DNA of 64,000 bases, taken from NCBI GenBank assembly GCA_040954595.2, contig CM082590.2, forward strand, positions 1,798,001-1,862,000. Direction: 5' to 3'. This document shows, one piece after another, positions 49,076 through 62,520 of the stretch (its first letter is position 1; every line of letters starts with the position of its first letter). The notes under the pieces were generated by a model. The model had not been told where the DNA came from and did not search any database. It saw only the letters and a list, made by a program, of their open reading frames with translations. The position numbers and the translations under genes were made by a program. The stretch is from Balanoglossus misakiensis (lineage: Eukaryota; Animalia; Hemichordata).

Positions 49076-50055
49076 TTCCAAAACTTGGTATGCACAGCAG
49101 ATACAGCTTTTACATTTAGAGGACCGGAAAACCTAATGAAGTACATGTATTAACCTGAACACAATAATTATGTATATAAGCTATTTAAAGTTAACCAATA
49201 AAGCGTTGAAGTCTGCTTTTTGCTGGACACTGATCAGTTTGATATCAAATTTTGTTGGCACAATTTTGCGTGACCTCTGGCGTACTTTACCATTTCTTGG
49301 CATCCACAATAGATACAGCCTTTGCTTTCTGTTGGAACCATGCTAACCACTTTGGCCACTCCAATGCTGCTTATAGTTGGGTCTTCTTCATGGCGGCCAT
49401 GTTGGATTTTCTGATAATCTCTAAAAGTTGACATTTTTTTCTAAACTGCAGGGTCAATCAAGTTTTAATTTACTGACCGTTCCAATTTTTTTTCAATTAT
49501 ATTAATAGTGGTTATGTGAATTTGGATTCATTATGGATTTTTTTCAAAAATCTCATGAAAAATTTCCAAAATCTTTTTTAATCAAGCTTTCAAGTGAATT
49601 ATGATTGATTAAACCTTATTGAAGCCAAATTGGATTGTCTGAAGTCCGATTAAAAACTAAAATTTCCTATTTCAAGGCTACTGAATGATAGCACACCAAT
49701 CCTTTTTATGGATACGAGTCACCATATGATCAGAATATGTTAAAAAATTTTGTCAACTTTCACATGTCCTTTCATCCATTTTTTTCAACACTTAATTATA
49801 CAATTTTTTTGCAACTTTCATTCATCTTTTGATCCAGATCTTTCAGAACTTAATTCTACGTTGGTATGCCTCTTGTTAAAAAGCACAACAGTCGTGATTT
49901 TGATCACATGAGTACTATTGCTGGCAGGACATAACCCAAATATTTTGATAATTTTGGCAATGACCCTTGATCTACATTTCCAAAACTTGGTATGCACAGC
50001 AGATACAGCTGTTAAATTTAGAGGACCGGAACACCTAATGAAGTACATGTATTAA

Positions 50056-50555
50056 AGGCACGTAAGCTGTAACTTTTGGGATAATTTTCATAATTTTTGT
50101 TTCACACTGCACTACCATTAGTCCATGCAGATGAAGGCAGTGAACTATACACAAGCATTATAAACCCTAAATATGAGTGCATATGCAAGTTTTAACCAGA
50201 TAAATAATAAAGCTTTGCCGCAAGCGATTATGGCCGCTACCGTGGGAAAATGAAAGAAACAATGAAAATGTCGCATTTCCGGTTGTGAAACTTCATAAAC
50301 AAAACATGATCTCATCCACTTGAGCTCATGGAAGTAAATGTACACCACTGAGACATCAGATTTTCATTTTCATTGCAATATTGCACTTTTTTAAAAATTT
50401 CAGGAATTTTCGTTTTTCTTTAATCTTTGGCCATTTTGTCATAAATAAGTGTTGAGCTTGATATATTATCATATAGCATTTAATAGATATAATTAAAAGC
50501 ATATATGAGATTATTTAAAACATTGATTTTTTATCCAGTTGCAGCTTACGTGCCT
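50056..50555. mobile_element. 500-bp Kolobok-like MITE, TTAA TSD
   Basis: ttaa|aggcacgtaagctg ... cagcttacgtgcct|ttaa. The empty site catgtattaacctgaacac is at ~49145. Confidence 0.88.
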
Positions 50556-52059
50556 TTAACCTTAACACAATAATTATGTATATAAGCTATTTAAAGTTAA
50601 CCAATAAAGCGTAGAAGTCTGCTTTTTGTTGGACACTGATCAGTTTGGTATCAAATTTTGTTGGCACATTTTGCATCACCTCTAGCTTACTTTACCATTT
50701 CTAGGCATCCACAACAGATACAGCCTTTGCTTTCTGTTGGAACCATGCTAACTGCTTTGGTCCCTCCAATGCTACTTTTAGTTTTAATTGTCTTCTTCAT
50801 GGTGGCCATATTGGATTTTCTAATAAGCTTTAAAAGTTGAAATTTTCATAATCTACAGGGCCAATCAAGTTCTAATTTACTGTGCGATTGAAAGTTTGAC
50901 AAAAATATCATTAGTGGTCATGTGACTTTTGGCGCCTTATGGATTTTTTAAAAATCTCATTAAAAAACTTCAAAAATCTTTTTCTAATCTAGTTTTCAAG
51001 TGAATTGTGATTGGTTAAACCTTATTGGAGCCAAATTGGATTTTCTGAACAACGATTTAAAACTAAGATTTCTTATTTCTGGCCTACTCATTAATTATTC
51101 GTGGATATGCCTCTTGTTGAAAAGCACAATGGTGATGATTTTTTTCACACGAATAGTACTGCTGCCAGGACATAACCCAAATATTTTGATAACATTGACA
51201 TTGAACTTTGTCCTAAGTTTGGCACCTGTATTCTTTTCTGAATATCTTATGGCGCCTAGACTAATAGCACTAGAGGTTTGGTTTTTGATGTATATGGACA
51301 AGTATGGGACTTAGCTTTTTTGTTACATTTGGAATCCACTGGACCAATGTTGAGCTCATTAAATATGTGAATATCTAATGCTGAGCTTACCTATATTGTT
51401 ACAGGTTGAATTTTGTATGAACATGCTCTACTATTGGACTTAATCTGAATTTCTTGACCAATGATAACCTTATAAATATGTGCTTACGTAATTGTAGACA
51501 AGACAATGAAGCTTTGAGTCTGGGTTTTCTTGAACGTTCACCAGTATGCGATCACATTTTTTCTGACATTTTTGTTAGCTTTGGTTACCTTTAACCTATT
51601 TTCCCTGCTGATAACACCTTCAAATTTTGAGGGCTGGAACACCTAATTACCAGGTTAACCAATAGAGCCAGAAGTCTTGTTTTTCATTTTACGCTGATTA
51701 TTTTGGAAGAAAAAAATTGTTGACAATTTTGGGTGAGCTCTTGGTGACCTTTGATCAGCTTTCCTATTTACATAGCAGATACAGCATTGGCACTCTCTGG
51801 TATCCATAGGAACTGCTTTGACCTAGTCAATGTTGGTTTCACCTTAATTGCACCGCAGTATGTTGGTTTGGGCGGGCTTGCCACATTAATCCTATCATTA
51901 TCATTGATTTTATTGATTTCATGTTTTTAATTCTTTCATTCTTTTTTTTTCTGTAGGTCCCACCGGTACTCTTCTTCTTCTCTCTCTCTCTTTCTTTTTT
52001 TCTTTTTTCCTCTTCTTTCTTTGCTCTTTTTTTTTCTTTTTTCCCTGTAGGCCCCAATG

Positions 52060-52590
52060 GTAACACCATAATCAACCTACTAACGTAAAATTTGATGGAT
52101 GGAGAGGCAGAGTGTCAACCATAGTCAACCTACTAATATAAACTTTGATGGATGGATGGGGCGGAGCGTCAACCATAGTCAACCTACTAATATAAACTTT
52201 GATGGATGGATGGAAGCGGAGCGTCAACCATAGTCAACCTACTAATATAAACTTTGATGGATGGATGGATGGAGGGGAGCGTCAACCATGGTCAACCTAC
52301 TAAAATATAAACTTTGATGGATGGATGGTGCCGCGGAGCGTCAACTTAAATGATGGAGAAGTGGAAGGATGGAGAAGTGGAGTTTTTTTCTCTGTTTTTT
52401 CCTCTTTTTTTTCTGTAGGGCTCACTGGTAACACCATAATCAACCTACTAACGTAAAATTTGATGGATGGATGAAGCGGCGTGTCAACCATAGTCAACCT
52501 ACTAATATAAACTTTGATGGATGGATGGGTCGGAGCGTCAACCTAAAGGATGGAGAAGTGGAAGAATGGAGAAGTGGAGTTTCAACATAA
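52060..52590. repeat. ~52-58-bp minisatellite with a variable (GGAT)n core, within a duplicated block
   Basis: caaccatagtcaacctactaatataaactttgatggatggatgg..ggagcgt is repeated ~5 times and then ~2 times. Confidence 0.85.
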
Positions 52591-52639
52591 TATCCTATTG
52601 ACCGAAATTATTAGTTAGAGTAATATAGACATAACAGCA

Positions 52640-53200
52640 ATGGCTTTGTGCAGGGTATGATAATAGGTTCTGAAATGTGTATGGTATAATAACGGTGAAC
52701 AAATTTGAATTTGGTTTAATAAAAGGGTTAAAAATGTGATGATGGTTTTATGGTAAAATTGGAGTGTACACAGGTTATAAAGGGGTAACAGTGGTTGCTT
52801 GTATGAAGGGAATGATAATAGGGTAACAAATGTGACTAGTATAAAAAATGTATAATAACGGGTTCATAATATGATGATGGCTTGTGTACACAGGTTATAA
52901 TGGGTATATGAATGAGAAGGGTATAATAATGGTAATAGGGTAACAAATGTGACTGGTATAAAAAGGTATAATAACGGGTTCATAATATGATGATGGCTTG
53001 TGTACACAGGTTATAATGGGTATATGAATGAGAGGGGTATAATAATGGTAATAACTGTGTCAGGTTTAATAAGGGTAACAATTGTGCAAGGGTATAATAA
53101 CGATTAATAATTGTGCTGATGGCTTATGGTGATATTAAGTATAAAAGGGTGTTTAATATTGATGGTGATGATAAAGGTATAATAATGATAAATCGTTAAA
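52640..53200. repeat. Degenerate C-poor repeat (gggtataataat) with a 117-bp tandem duplication
   Basis: tagggtaacaaatgtgact starts at 52819 and 52936. Confidence 0.7.
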
Positions 53201-56200
53201 TAAGTGTCCACGGTCTAATAATCATGTTGGTTCATTCATTGGTTAATGTGAATATTTTATGAATAACATGCTATTATTTCTCAGATAGATAATACTCGTC
53301 AGCATCGTTATTCGGTGGAATTTCTCGCAACGGTACCCGTGATTGTATTCGCGCATCGACACATTGTACGCGACAGACATGCAGAAAATGTTAGCACAAT
53401 GTTAGGTTAGCTTAACCTCCCCACCCCATCCAAATTCCAAATTTAGCTTAGTTCATGGGGTGAGAGGAGGAGAGGACAGTTTTTTTCCCTCTTTTGTAAT
53501 TGGTATGAGGTTTTTTAACTGCCCTTTAGGCGCGTAAATTAAATATGTTATCATACATGTAGCGTTATCTTGCTTTATTTTAAAACAATTGTGAATGAGC
53601 TCTGCGAGATTATGTACACGATAGTGTGTTATATAACGCTAAGGTAAAAGTAAACTTAACCCACTAACCCATCACAATATTGTGTGCATAATTAGCAGAT
53701 GCTATTTTGACTGGCCCATTGTTCAACCAAATGACACCTTGTTTCAAAAAGAGCTGAAACTATATTGGTTAATTTCTTTCAGTTTAACCACATGACACAT
53801 TGCTTCAAACTGGCCTGCAAGATATGCTACTTGAACTCCCCCCCCACCCCCACCCCCCCACCCCCAACAAAAATAAATTAGGGATTAATCACTCGCTATA
53901 TTATGAACATTCACATGAAAATTATGCAACCAAATTAAAGGTATGCTGGAGGCGTCTTCTGATGTCAGGTGGTTCAAATCCACCGATACCTAAGCTGGAA
54001 ACATAACTTTTCATTGGTGTTCATATATGGCGAATAAAACACGCATATTCGTATTATCATATTTCAGAAAAGAACAAATTAAATAAGATTCTTTTCGATA
54101 TGTCACTATAAACTTTAATCCCATTTCACCCACTTTACTCAAAATGTAATGTTTAAATAGCAAAGAAGTAATCACTAAACTTTGACACCGGGGTTTAAAA
54201 TGCATACAGGGATACTAAAAGTTGACTGAAAATCCCTGGGTTAATACGTGGCCAAAAGCACTGTAATTTGACATTTATAATGCTACCGTGACACTAAATC
54301 TGATTCTTTGCATCAGGGTAAATTGTGAAGCAAGCTTGATGATGCATCATGATAGATGGTGTTTCAAGCCCTTCACATTGACATTGGAATATAACGCATA
54401 TGGGGATTGAAAGTTGATTGTAAATCCCCAGGTTAATACTTGGCCAAAAGCACTGTAATTTAAAATTGCTAATGCAATGGTGACATTGAATGTGATTCTT
54501 TGCATTAGGGGAAATGGCGTAGCAAGCCTAATGGTGCATCAGAGTAGATGGTGATGCAAGCTCTGCACTTTGACATAGGTATTTAATGCACATGCATGGG
54601 TATTTAATGTTGACTGTAAATCATCAGGTTAATACGTGGCCATAAGCACTGTAATTTGACATTGCTAATGCAACGATGATATTGAATCTGATTCTTTGCA
54701 TCAGGGTTAATGGCATTGCAGGCTTGATGATGCATCCCGGTAGATAGTGAGGCAAACACTTCACTTTGACATGGGTATTTAATGCATGCGCATTGATATC
54801 TAAAGTTGACTCTAAATCCGAGGTTAATACATGGCCAAATGCACTGTAATTTTAAGTTACTAATGCAAGGGTGACATTGAATATGGGTAAATGGTGAAGG
54901 AAACGTGATGATGCATCAGGATAGATGGTGTTTCAAGCCCTTCACATTGACTTTTGAATATAATGCATATGGGGATTTAAAGATGATTATAAATCCCTAG
55001 GTTAATACATGGCCAAAAGCACTTTTATTTGACATTGCTGATGCAACAGTGACATTGAATCTGATTCTATGCATCAGGGTAAATGGCGAAGCAAGCTTAA
55101 TGATGCATCAGGACAGATGGTGTTTCAAGCCCTTCACATTCACATTGGAATATATCGAATATGGGGATTTAAAGTTGACTGTAAATCCTCAGGTTAATAC
55201 GTGGCCATAAGCACTATAATTTGACATTGCTAATGCAACGATGACATTGAATCTGATTCTTTTCATCAGGGTAAATGGCGATGCCTGCTTGATGATGCAT
55301 CCCGGTAGATAGTGATGCAAACACTTAACTTTGACATGGGTATTAAATGCATATGGGGATTAAAAGTTGACTGAAAATCCCTGGGTTAATACAAGTCCAA
55401 AAGCACTGAAATTTGACACAGCTAATACAATGGTGACATTGAATGTGATTCTTTGCATTAGGGGAAATGGCGTATCAAGCCTAATGATGCATCAGTGTAG
55501 ATGGTGATCCAAGCTCTGCGCTTTGACATACGTATTTAATGCATATGCATGGGTATTTAATGTTGACTGTAAATCCCTAGGTTAATACATGGCCATAAGT
55601 ACTGTAATTTGACATTGCTGATGCTACTGTGATACTAAATCTGATTCTTTGCATCAGGGAAAATGGTGAAGCAGGCTTGATGATGCATCAGGATAGATGG
55701 TGTTTCAAGCCCTTCACATTGACATTGGAATGTAATTCATATGGGGATTTCAAGTTGATTATAAATCCCTAGGTTAATACATGGCCAAAAGCAATTTTAT
55801 TTGACATTGCTAATTGAACGATGGCATTGAATCAGATTCTTTGCATCAGGGTAAATGGCGATGCAAGCTTGATGATGCATCACGGTAGATAGTGATGCAA
55901 ACACTTCACTTTGTCATGGGTATTAAATACATATGGGGATTTCAAGTTGATTACAAATCCCTGGGTTAATACATGGCCAAAAGCACTGTAATTTGACATT
56001 GCTTATACAACGGTGACATTTAATCTGATTCTTTGCATCAGGGCAAATTGTGAAGCAAGCTTAATGATGCATCAGAGTATATGGTGATGCAAGCTATGCA
56101 CTTTGACATACAAATTTAATGCATATGCATGGGTATTTAATGTTGACTGTAAATTCCCAGGTTAATACGTGGCCAAAAGCACTGTAATTTGACATTGCTA

Positions 56201-59200
56201 ATGCTACTGTGACACTAAATCTGATTCTTTGCATAGGGTATATTGTGAAGCAAGCTTGATGATGCATCAGGATAGATGGTGTTTCAAGCCCTTCACATTG
56301 ACATTGGAATATAACGCATATGGGGATTTAAAGTTGATTGTAAATACCCAGGTTAATACATGGCCAAAAGCACTGTAATTTAAAATTGCTAATGCAATGG
56401 TGACATTGAATGTGATTCTTTGCATTAGGGGAAATGGCGTAGCAAGCCTAATAGTGCATCAGAGTAGATGGTGATGCAAGCTCTGCACTTTGACATAGGT
56501 ATTTAATGCATATGCATGTGTATTTAATGTTGACTATAAATCCTCAGGTGAATACATGGCCATAAGCACTATAATTTGACATTGCTAATGAAATGGTGAC
56601 ACTGAATCTGATTCTTTGCATCAGGGCAGATTGTGAAACATGCTTGATGATACATTAGGGTCAATAGTGTTGGAAACACTGCACTATGACATGGGTATTT
56701 AATGCATATGCATTGATATTTACAGTTGACTTTAAATCCCGAGGTTAATACATGGCCAAAAGCACTGTAATTTAAAATTACTAATGCAAGGGTGACATTG
56801 AATATGGATAAATGGTGAATCAAACGTGATGATGCATCAGGATAGATGGTGTTTCAAGCCCTTCACATTGACTTTTGAATAAAATGCATATGGGGATTTA
56901 AAGTTGATTGTAAATCCCTAGGTTATTACATGGCCAAAAGCAATTTTATTTGACATTGCTAATTGAACGATGGCATTGAATCAGATTCTTTGCATCAGGG
57001 TAAACGGCGATGTAAGCTTGATGATGCATCACGGTAGATAGTGATGCAAACACTTCACTTTGACATGAGTATTAAATGCATATGCATGGGTATTTAATGT
57101 TGACTGTAAATCCCCAGGTTAATACGTGGCCAAAAGCACTGTAATTTGACATTGCTAATGCTACCGTGACACTAAATCTGATTCTTTGCATTAGGGTATA
57201 TTGTGAAACAAACTTGATGATGTATCAGGATAGATGGTGTTTCAAGCCCTTCACATTGACATTGGAATATAACGCATATGGGGATTTAAAGTTGATTGTA
57301 AATACCCAGGTTAATACATGGCCAAAAGCACTGTAATTTAAAATTGCTAATGCAATGGTGACATTGAATGTGATTCTTTGCATTAGGGGAAATGGCGTAG
57401 CAAGCCTAATAGTGCATCAGAGTAGATGGTGATGCAAGCTCTGCACTTTGACATAGGTATTTAATGCATATGCATGTGTATTTAATGTTGACTATAAATC
57501 CTCAGGTGAATACATGGCCATAAGCACTATAATTTGACATTGCTAATGAAATGGTGACACTGAATCTGATTCTTTGCATCAGGGCAGATTGTGAAACATG
57601 CTTGATGATGCATTAGGGTCAATAGTGATGGAAACACTGCACTATGACATGGGTATTTAATGCATACGCATTGATATTTACAGTTGACTGTAAATCCCGA
57701 GGTTAATACATGACCAAAAGCACTGTAATTTAAAATTACTAATGCAAGGGTGACATTGAATATGGGTAAATGGTGAAGCAAACATGATGATGCATCAGGA
57801 TAGATGGTCTTTCAAGGCCTTCACATTGACATTGGAATATAACGCATATGGGGATTTAAAGTTGATTGTAAATAACCAGGTTAATACATGGCCAAAAGCA
57901 CTGTAATTTAAAATTGCTAATGCAATGGTGACATTGAATGTGATTCTTTGCATTAGGGGAAATGGCGTAGCAAGCCTAATGGTGCATCAGAGTAGATGGT
58001 GATGTAAGCTCTGCACTTTGACATAGGTATTTAATGCATATGCATGGGTATTTTATGTTGACTATAAATCCTCAGGTTAATACGTGGCCATAAGCACTAT
58101 AATTTGACATTGCTAATGCAACGATGACATTGAATCTGATTCTTTTCATCAGGGTAAATGGTGATGCCTGCTTGATGATGCATCCCGGTAGATAGTGATG
58201 CAAACACTTAACTTTGACATGGGTATTAAATGCATATGGGGATTAAAAGTTGACTGAAAATCCCTGGGTTAATACAAGTCCAAAAGCACTGAAATTTGAC
58301 ACAGCTAATACAATGGTGACATTGAATGTGATTCTTTGCATTAGGGGAAATGGCGTAGCAAGCCAAATGATGCATCAGTGTAGATGGTGATCCAAGCTCT
58401 GCGCTTTGACATACGTATTTAATGCATATGCATGGGTATTTAATGTTGACTGTAAATCCCTAGGTTAATACATGGCCATAAGTACTGTAATTTGACATTG
58501 CTGATGCTACTGTGATACTAAATCTGATTCTTTGCATCAGGGAAAATGGTGAAGCAGGCTTGATGATGCATCAGGATAGATGGTGTTTCAAGCCCTTCAC
58601 ATTGACATTGGAATGTAATTCATATGGGGATTTCAAGTTGATTATAAATCCCTAGGTTAATACATGGCCAAAAGCAATTTTATTTGACATTGCTAATTGA
58701 ACGATGGCATTGAATCAGATTCTTTGCATCAGGGTAAATGGCGATGCAAGCTTGATGATGCATCACGGTAGATAGTGATGCAAACACTTCACTTTGTCAT
58801 GGGTATTAAATACATATGGGGATTTCAAGTTGATTACAAATCCCTGGGTTAATACATGGCCAAAAGCACTGTAATTTGACATTGCTTATACAACGGTGAC
58901 ATTTAATCTGATTCTTTGCATCAGGGCAAATTGTGAAGCAAGCTTAATGATGCATCAGAGTATATGGTGATGCAAGCTATGCACTTTGACATACAAATTT
59001 AATGCATATGCATGGGTATTTAATGTTGACTGTAAATTCCCAGGTTAATACGTGGCCAAAAGCACTGTAATTTGACATTGCTAATGCTACTGTGACACTA
59101 AATCTGATTCTTTGCATAGGGTATATTGTGAAGCAAGCTTGATGATGCATCAGGATAGATGGTGTTTCAAGCCCTTCACATTGACATTGGAATATAACGC

Positions 59201-60993
59201 ATATGGGGATTTAAAGTTGATTGTAAATACCCAGGTTAATACATGGCCAAAAGCACTGTAATTTAAAATTGCTAATGCAATGGTGACATTGAATGTGATT
59301 CTTTGCATTAGGGGAAATGGCGTAGCAAGCCTAATAGTGCATCAGAGTAGATGGTGATGCAAGCTCTGCACTTTGACATAGGTATTTAATGCATATGCAT
59401 GTGTATTTAATGTTGACTATAAATCCTCAGGTGAATACATGGCCATAAGCACTATAATTTGACATTGCTAATGAAATGGTGACACTGAATCTGATTCTTT
59501 GCATCAGGGCAGATTGTGAAACATGCTTGATGATACATTAGGGTCAATAGTGTTGGAAACACTGCACTATGACATGGGTATTTAATGCATACGCATTGAT
59601 ATTTACAGTTGACTTTAAATCCCGAGGTTAATACATGGCCAAAAGCACTGTAATTTAAAATTACTAATGCAAGGGTGACATTGAATGTGGATAAATGGTG
59701 AATCAAACGTGATGATGCATCAGGATAGATGGTGTTTCAAGCCCTTCACATTGACTTTTGAATAAAATGCATATGGGGATTTAAAGTTGATTGTAAATAA
59801 CCAGGTTAATACATGGCCAAAAGCACTGTAATTTAAAATTGCTAATGCAATGGTGACATTGAATGTGATTCTTTGCATTAGGGGAAATGGCGTAGCAAGC
59901 CTAATGGTGCATCAGAGTAGATGGTGATGTAAGCTCTGCACTTTGACATAGGTATTTAATGCATATGCATGGGTATTTTATGTTGACTATAAATCCTCAG
60001 GTTAATACGTGGCCATAAGCACTATAATTTGACATTGCTAATGCAACGATGACATTGAATCTGATTCTTTTCATCAGGGTAAATGGTGATGCCTGCTTGA
60101 TGATGCATCCCGGTAGACAGTGATGCAAACACTTAACTTTGACATGGGTATTAAATGCATATGGGGATTAAAAGTTGACTGAAAATCCCTGGGTTAATAC
60201 AAGTCCAAAAGCACTGAAATTTGACACAGCTAATACAATGGTGACATTGAATGTGATTCTTTGCATTAGGGGAAATGGCGTAGCAAGCCAAATGATGCAT
60301 CAGTGTAGATGGTGATCCAAGCTCTGCGCTTTGACATACGTATTTAATGCATATGCATGGGTATTTAATGTTGACTGTAAATCCCTAGGTAAATATACAT
60401 GGCCATAAGTACTGTAATTTGACATTGCTGATGCTACTGTGATACTAAATCTGATTCTTTGCATCAGGGAAAATGGTGAAGCAGGCTTGATGATGCATCA
60501 GGATAGATGATGTTTCAAGCCCTTCACATTGACATTGGAATGTAATTCATATGGGGATTTCAAGTTGATTATAAATCCCTTGGTTAATATGTGGCCGAAA
60601 GCACTTTTATTTGCCATTGCTAATGCTATGGTGACACTAAATCTGATTCTTTGCATCAGGGAAAAGGGTGAAGCAAGCTTGATGATACATCCGTATAGAT
60701 GGTGTTTAAAGCCGTTCAATTTAACATTGCAATATAATGCATAAGGGGATTTAAAGTTGATTGTAAACCCCCAAGTTAATACATAGCCAAAAGCACTGTA
60801 ATTTGACATTGCTAATGCTACTGTGATACTAAATTTGATTCTTTGCATCAGGGTTAATGGTGAAACAAACTTGATGATGCATCAGGGTAGATGGTCTTTC
60901 AAGCCCTTCACATTGACATGGGAATATAATGCATATGGGGATTTAAAGTTGATTGTAAATCGCCAGGTTAATACATGGCCAAAAGCACTGTAA

Positions 60994-61777
60994 GGCTGCA
61001 TTCACAAACACCTCTGGAGGGGGGGGCAGGAGAATTGAGGGGGGGATTTGAAAAAATTGAGGGTATGTAAGGGGGGGGATTTGAAATAATTTAGGGACTG
61101 AAAGGGGGGGACTTGAAAACTTTGACGACTAAATATTTATTTTGAGTCCACAAATATGCAGTTTCGCGCCCTTTATTTTACAAAATTTTCTAATGTGGGA
61201 GGGGGACACCCCCTCCCACACCCACCCCCTCCATTCATCAGCACCTTTCAATCATTGACTGGTTTATCTAGTGTCCCAGGTCAGGGGATTTGCCCCCACC
61301 CCATGATAACTTTGAGCATTGACGGTTAAAATTGTCCTCCCCAACATACCGGTAGTTGAGTTAATTTGCTTTTGCTGGGTTCATTAAAATGCAGCTTTGA
61401 GCTCTGTATTTTATAAAATTTTCTTACGTGGGAGGGGGACACCCCCTCCCAAACCCACCCCCTTCAATTCTCGGTTTACAATGTCTCCCAACACAGAATA
61501 CAAATACTTAAAAATAAAAACAATGTTCAGTGAGGGGGTACATCAGTTTCAAATTCGTTTCATAGGAGCGCTGTTTTTTATTTTTTACAAGATAGATAGG
61601 TGATGAGTTTTGCTCTGTGAAAGAAAATGGGTGGGGGGGGGGATGTCAAAATTTTGGCAGTTCGGAAGGGGGGGGATTTGAAAATATTCGGGTTGTGTAC
61701 GGGGGGCATGTGAAAATTAGCGGTAAAAAAATTGAATTCTCCCGTCCCCCCCTCCAGAGGTGTTTGTGAATGCAGCC
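60994..61777. mobile_element. 784-bp PIF/Harbinger-type MITE, TAA TSD
   Basis: taa|ggctgcattcacaaacacctctggagggggg ... cccccctccagaggtgtttgtgaatgcagcc|taa. The empty site gcactgtaatttaaaattg occurs in other monomers. Confidence 0.92.
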
Positions 61778-62520
61778 TAATTTAAAATTGCTAATGCAAT
61801 GGTGACATTGAATGTGATTCTTTGCATAAGGGGAAATGGCGTAGCAAGCCTAATGGTGCATCAGAGTAGATGGTGATGTAAGCTCTGCACTTTGACATAG
61901 GTATTTAATGCATATGCATGTGTATTTAATGTTGACTATAAATCCTCAGGTGAATACATGGCCATAAGCACTATAATTTGACATTGCTAATGAAATGGTG
62001 ACACTGAATCTGAGTCTTTGCATCAGGGCAGATTGTGAAACATGCTTGATGATGCATTAGGGTCAATAGTTATGGAAACACTGCACAATGACATGGGTAT
62101 TTAATGCATACACATTGATATTTACAGTTGACTGTAAATCCCGAGGTTAATACATGGCCAAAAGCACTGTAATTTAAAATTACTAATGCAAGGGTGACAT
62201 TGAATATGGGTAAATGGTGAAGCAAACGTGATGATGCATCAGGATAGATGGTGTTTGAAGCCCTTCACATTGACTTTTGAATAAAATGCATATGGGGATT
62301 TAAAGTTGATTGTAAATCCCTAGGTTAATACGTGGCCATAAACACTGTAATTTGACATTGCTAATTGAACGATGGCATTGAATCAGATTCTTTGCATCAG
62401 GGTAAATGGCGATGCCTGCTTGATGATGCATCCCGGTAGATAGTGATGCAAACACTTCACTTTGACATGGGTATTAAATGAATATGGGGATTAAAAGTTG
62501 ACTGAAAATCCCTGGGTTAA

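Larger units (their letters stand above)
28775..51200. repeat. Tandem macro-repeat of ~0.75-0.9 kb units, each containing one 116-bp segment; one unit has that segment massively expanded
   Basis: The blocks cagcagatacagc..gaagtacatgtattaa..gacactgatcagtttgatatc..catggcggccatattgga..gagccaaattggatt recur at ~28.9, 30.2, 49.1 and 50.0-51.0 kb, each next to a single 116-bp monomer or the array. Confidence 0.85.

Noticed and set aside
41967-49146. Many repeated 60-86 aa ORFs (MNKIMTVVLF...)
   Set aside because: They are chance translations of the 116-bp satellite. The monomer length is not a multiple of 3 and frames break in every copy.
56569-60848. Repeated 84-116 aa ORFs with hydrophobic N-termini
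   Set aside because: They are translations of particular satellite monomer classes and recur with the higher-order repeat.
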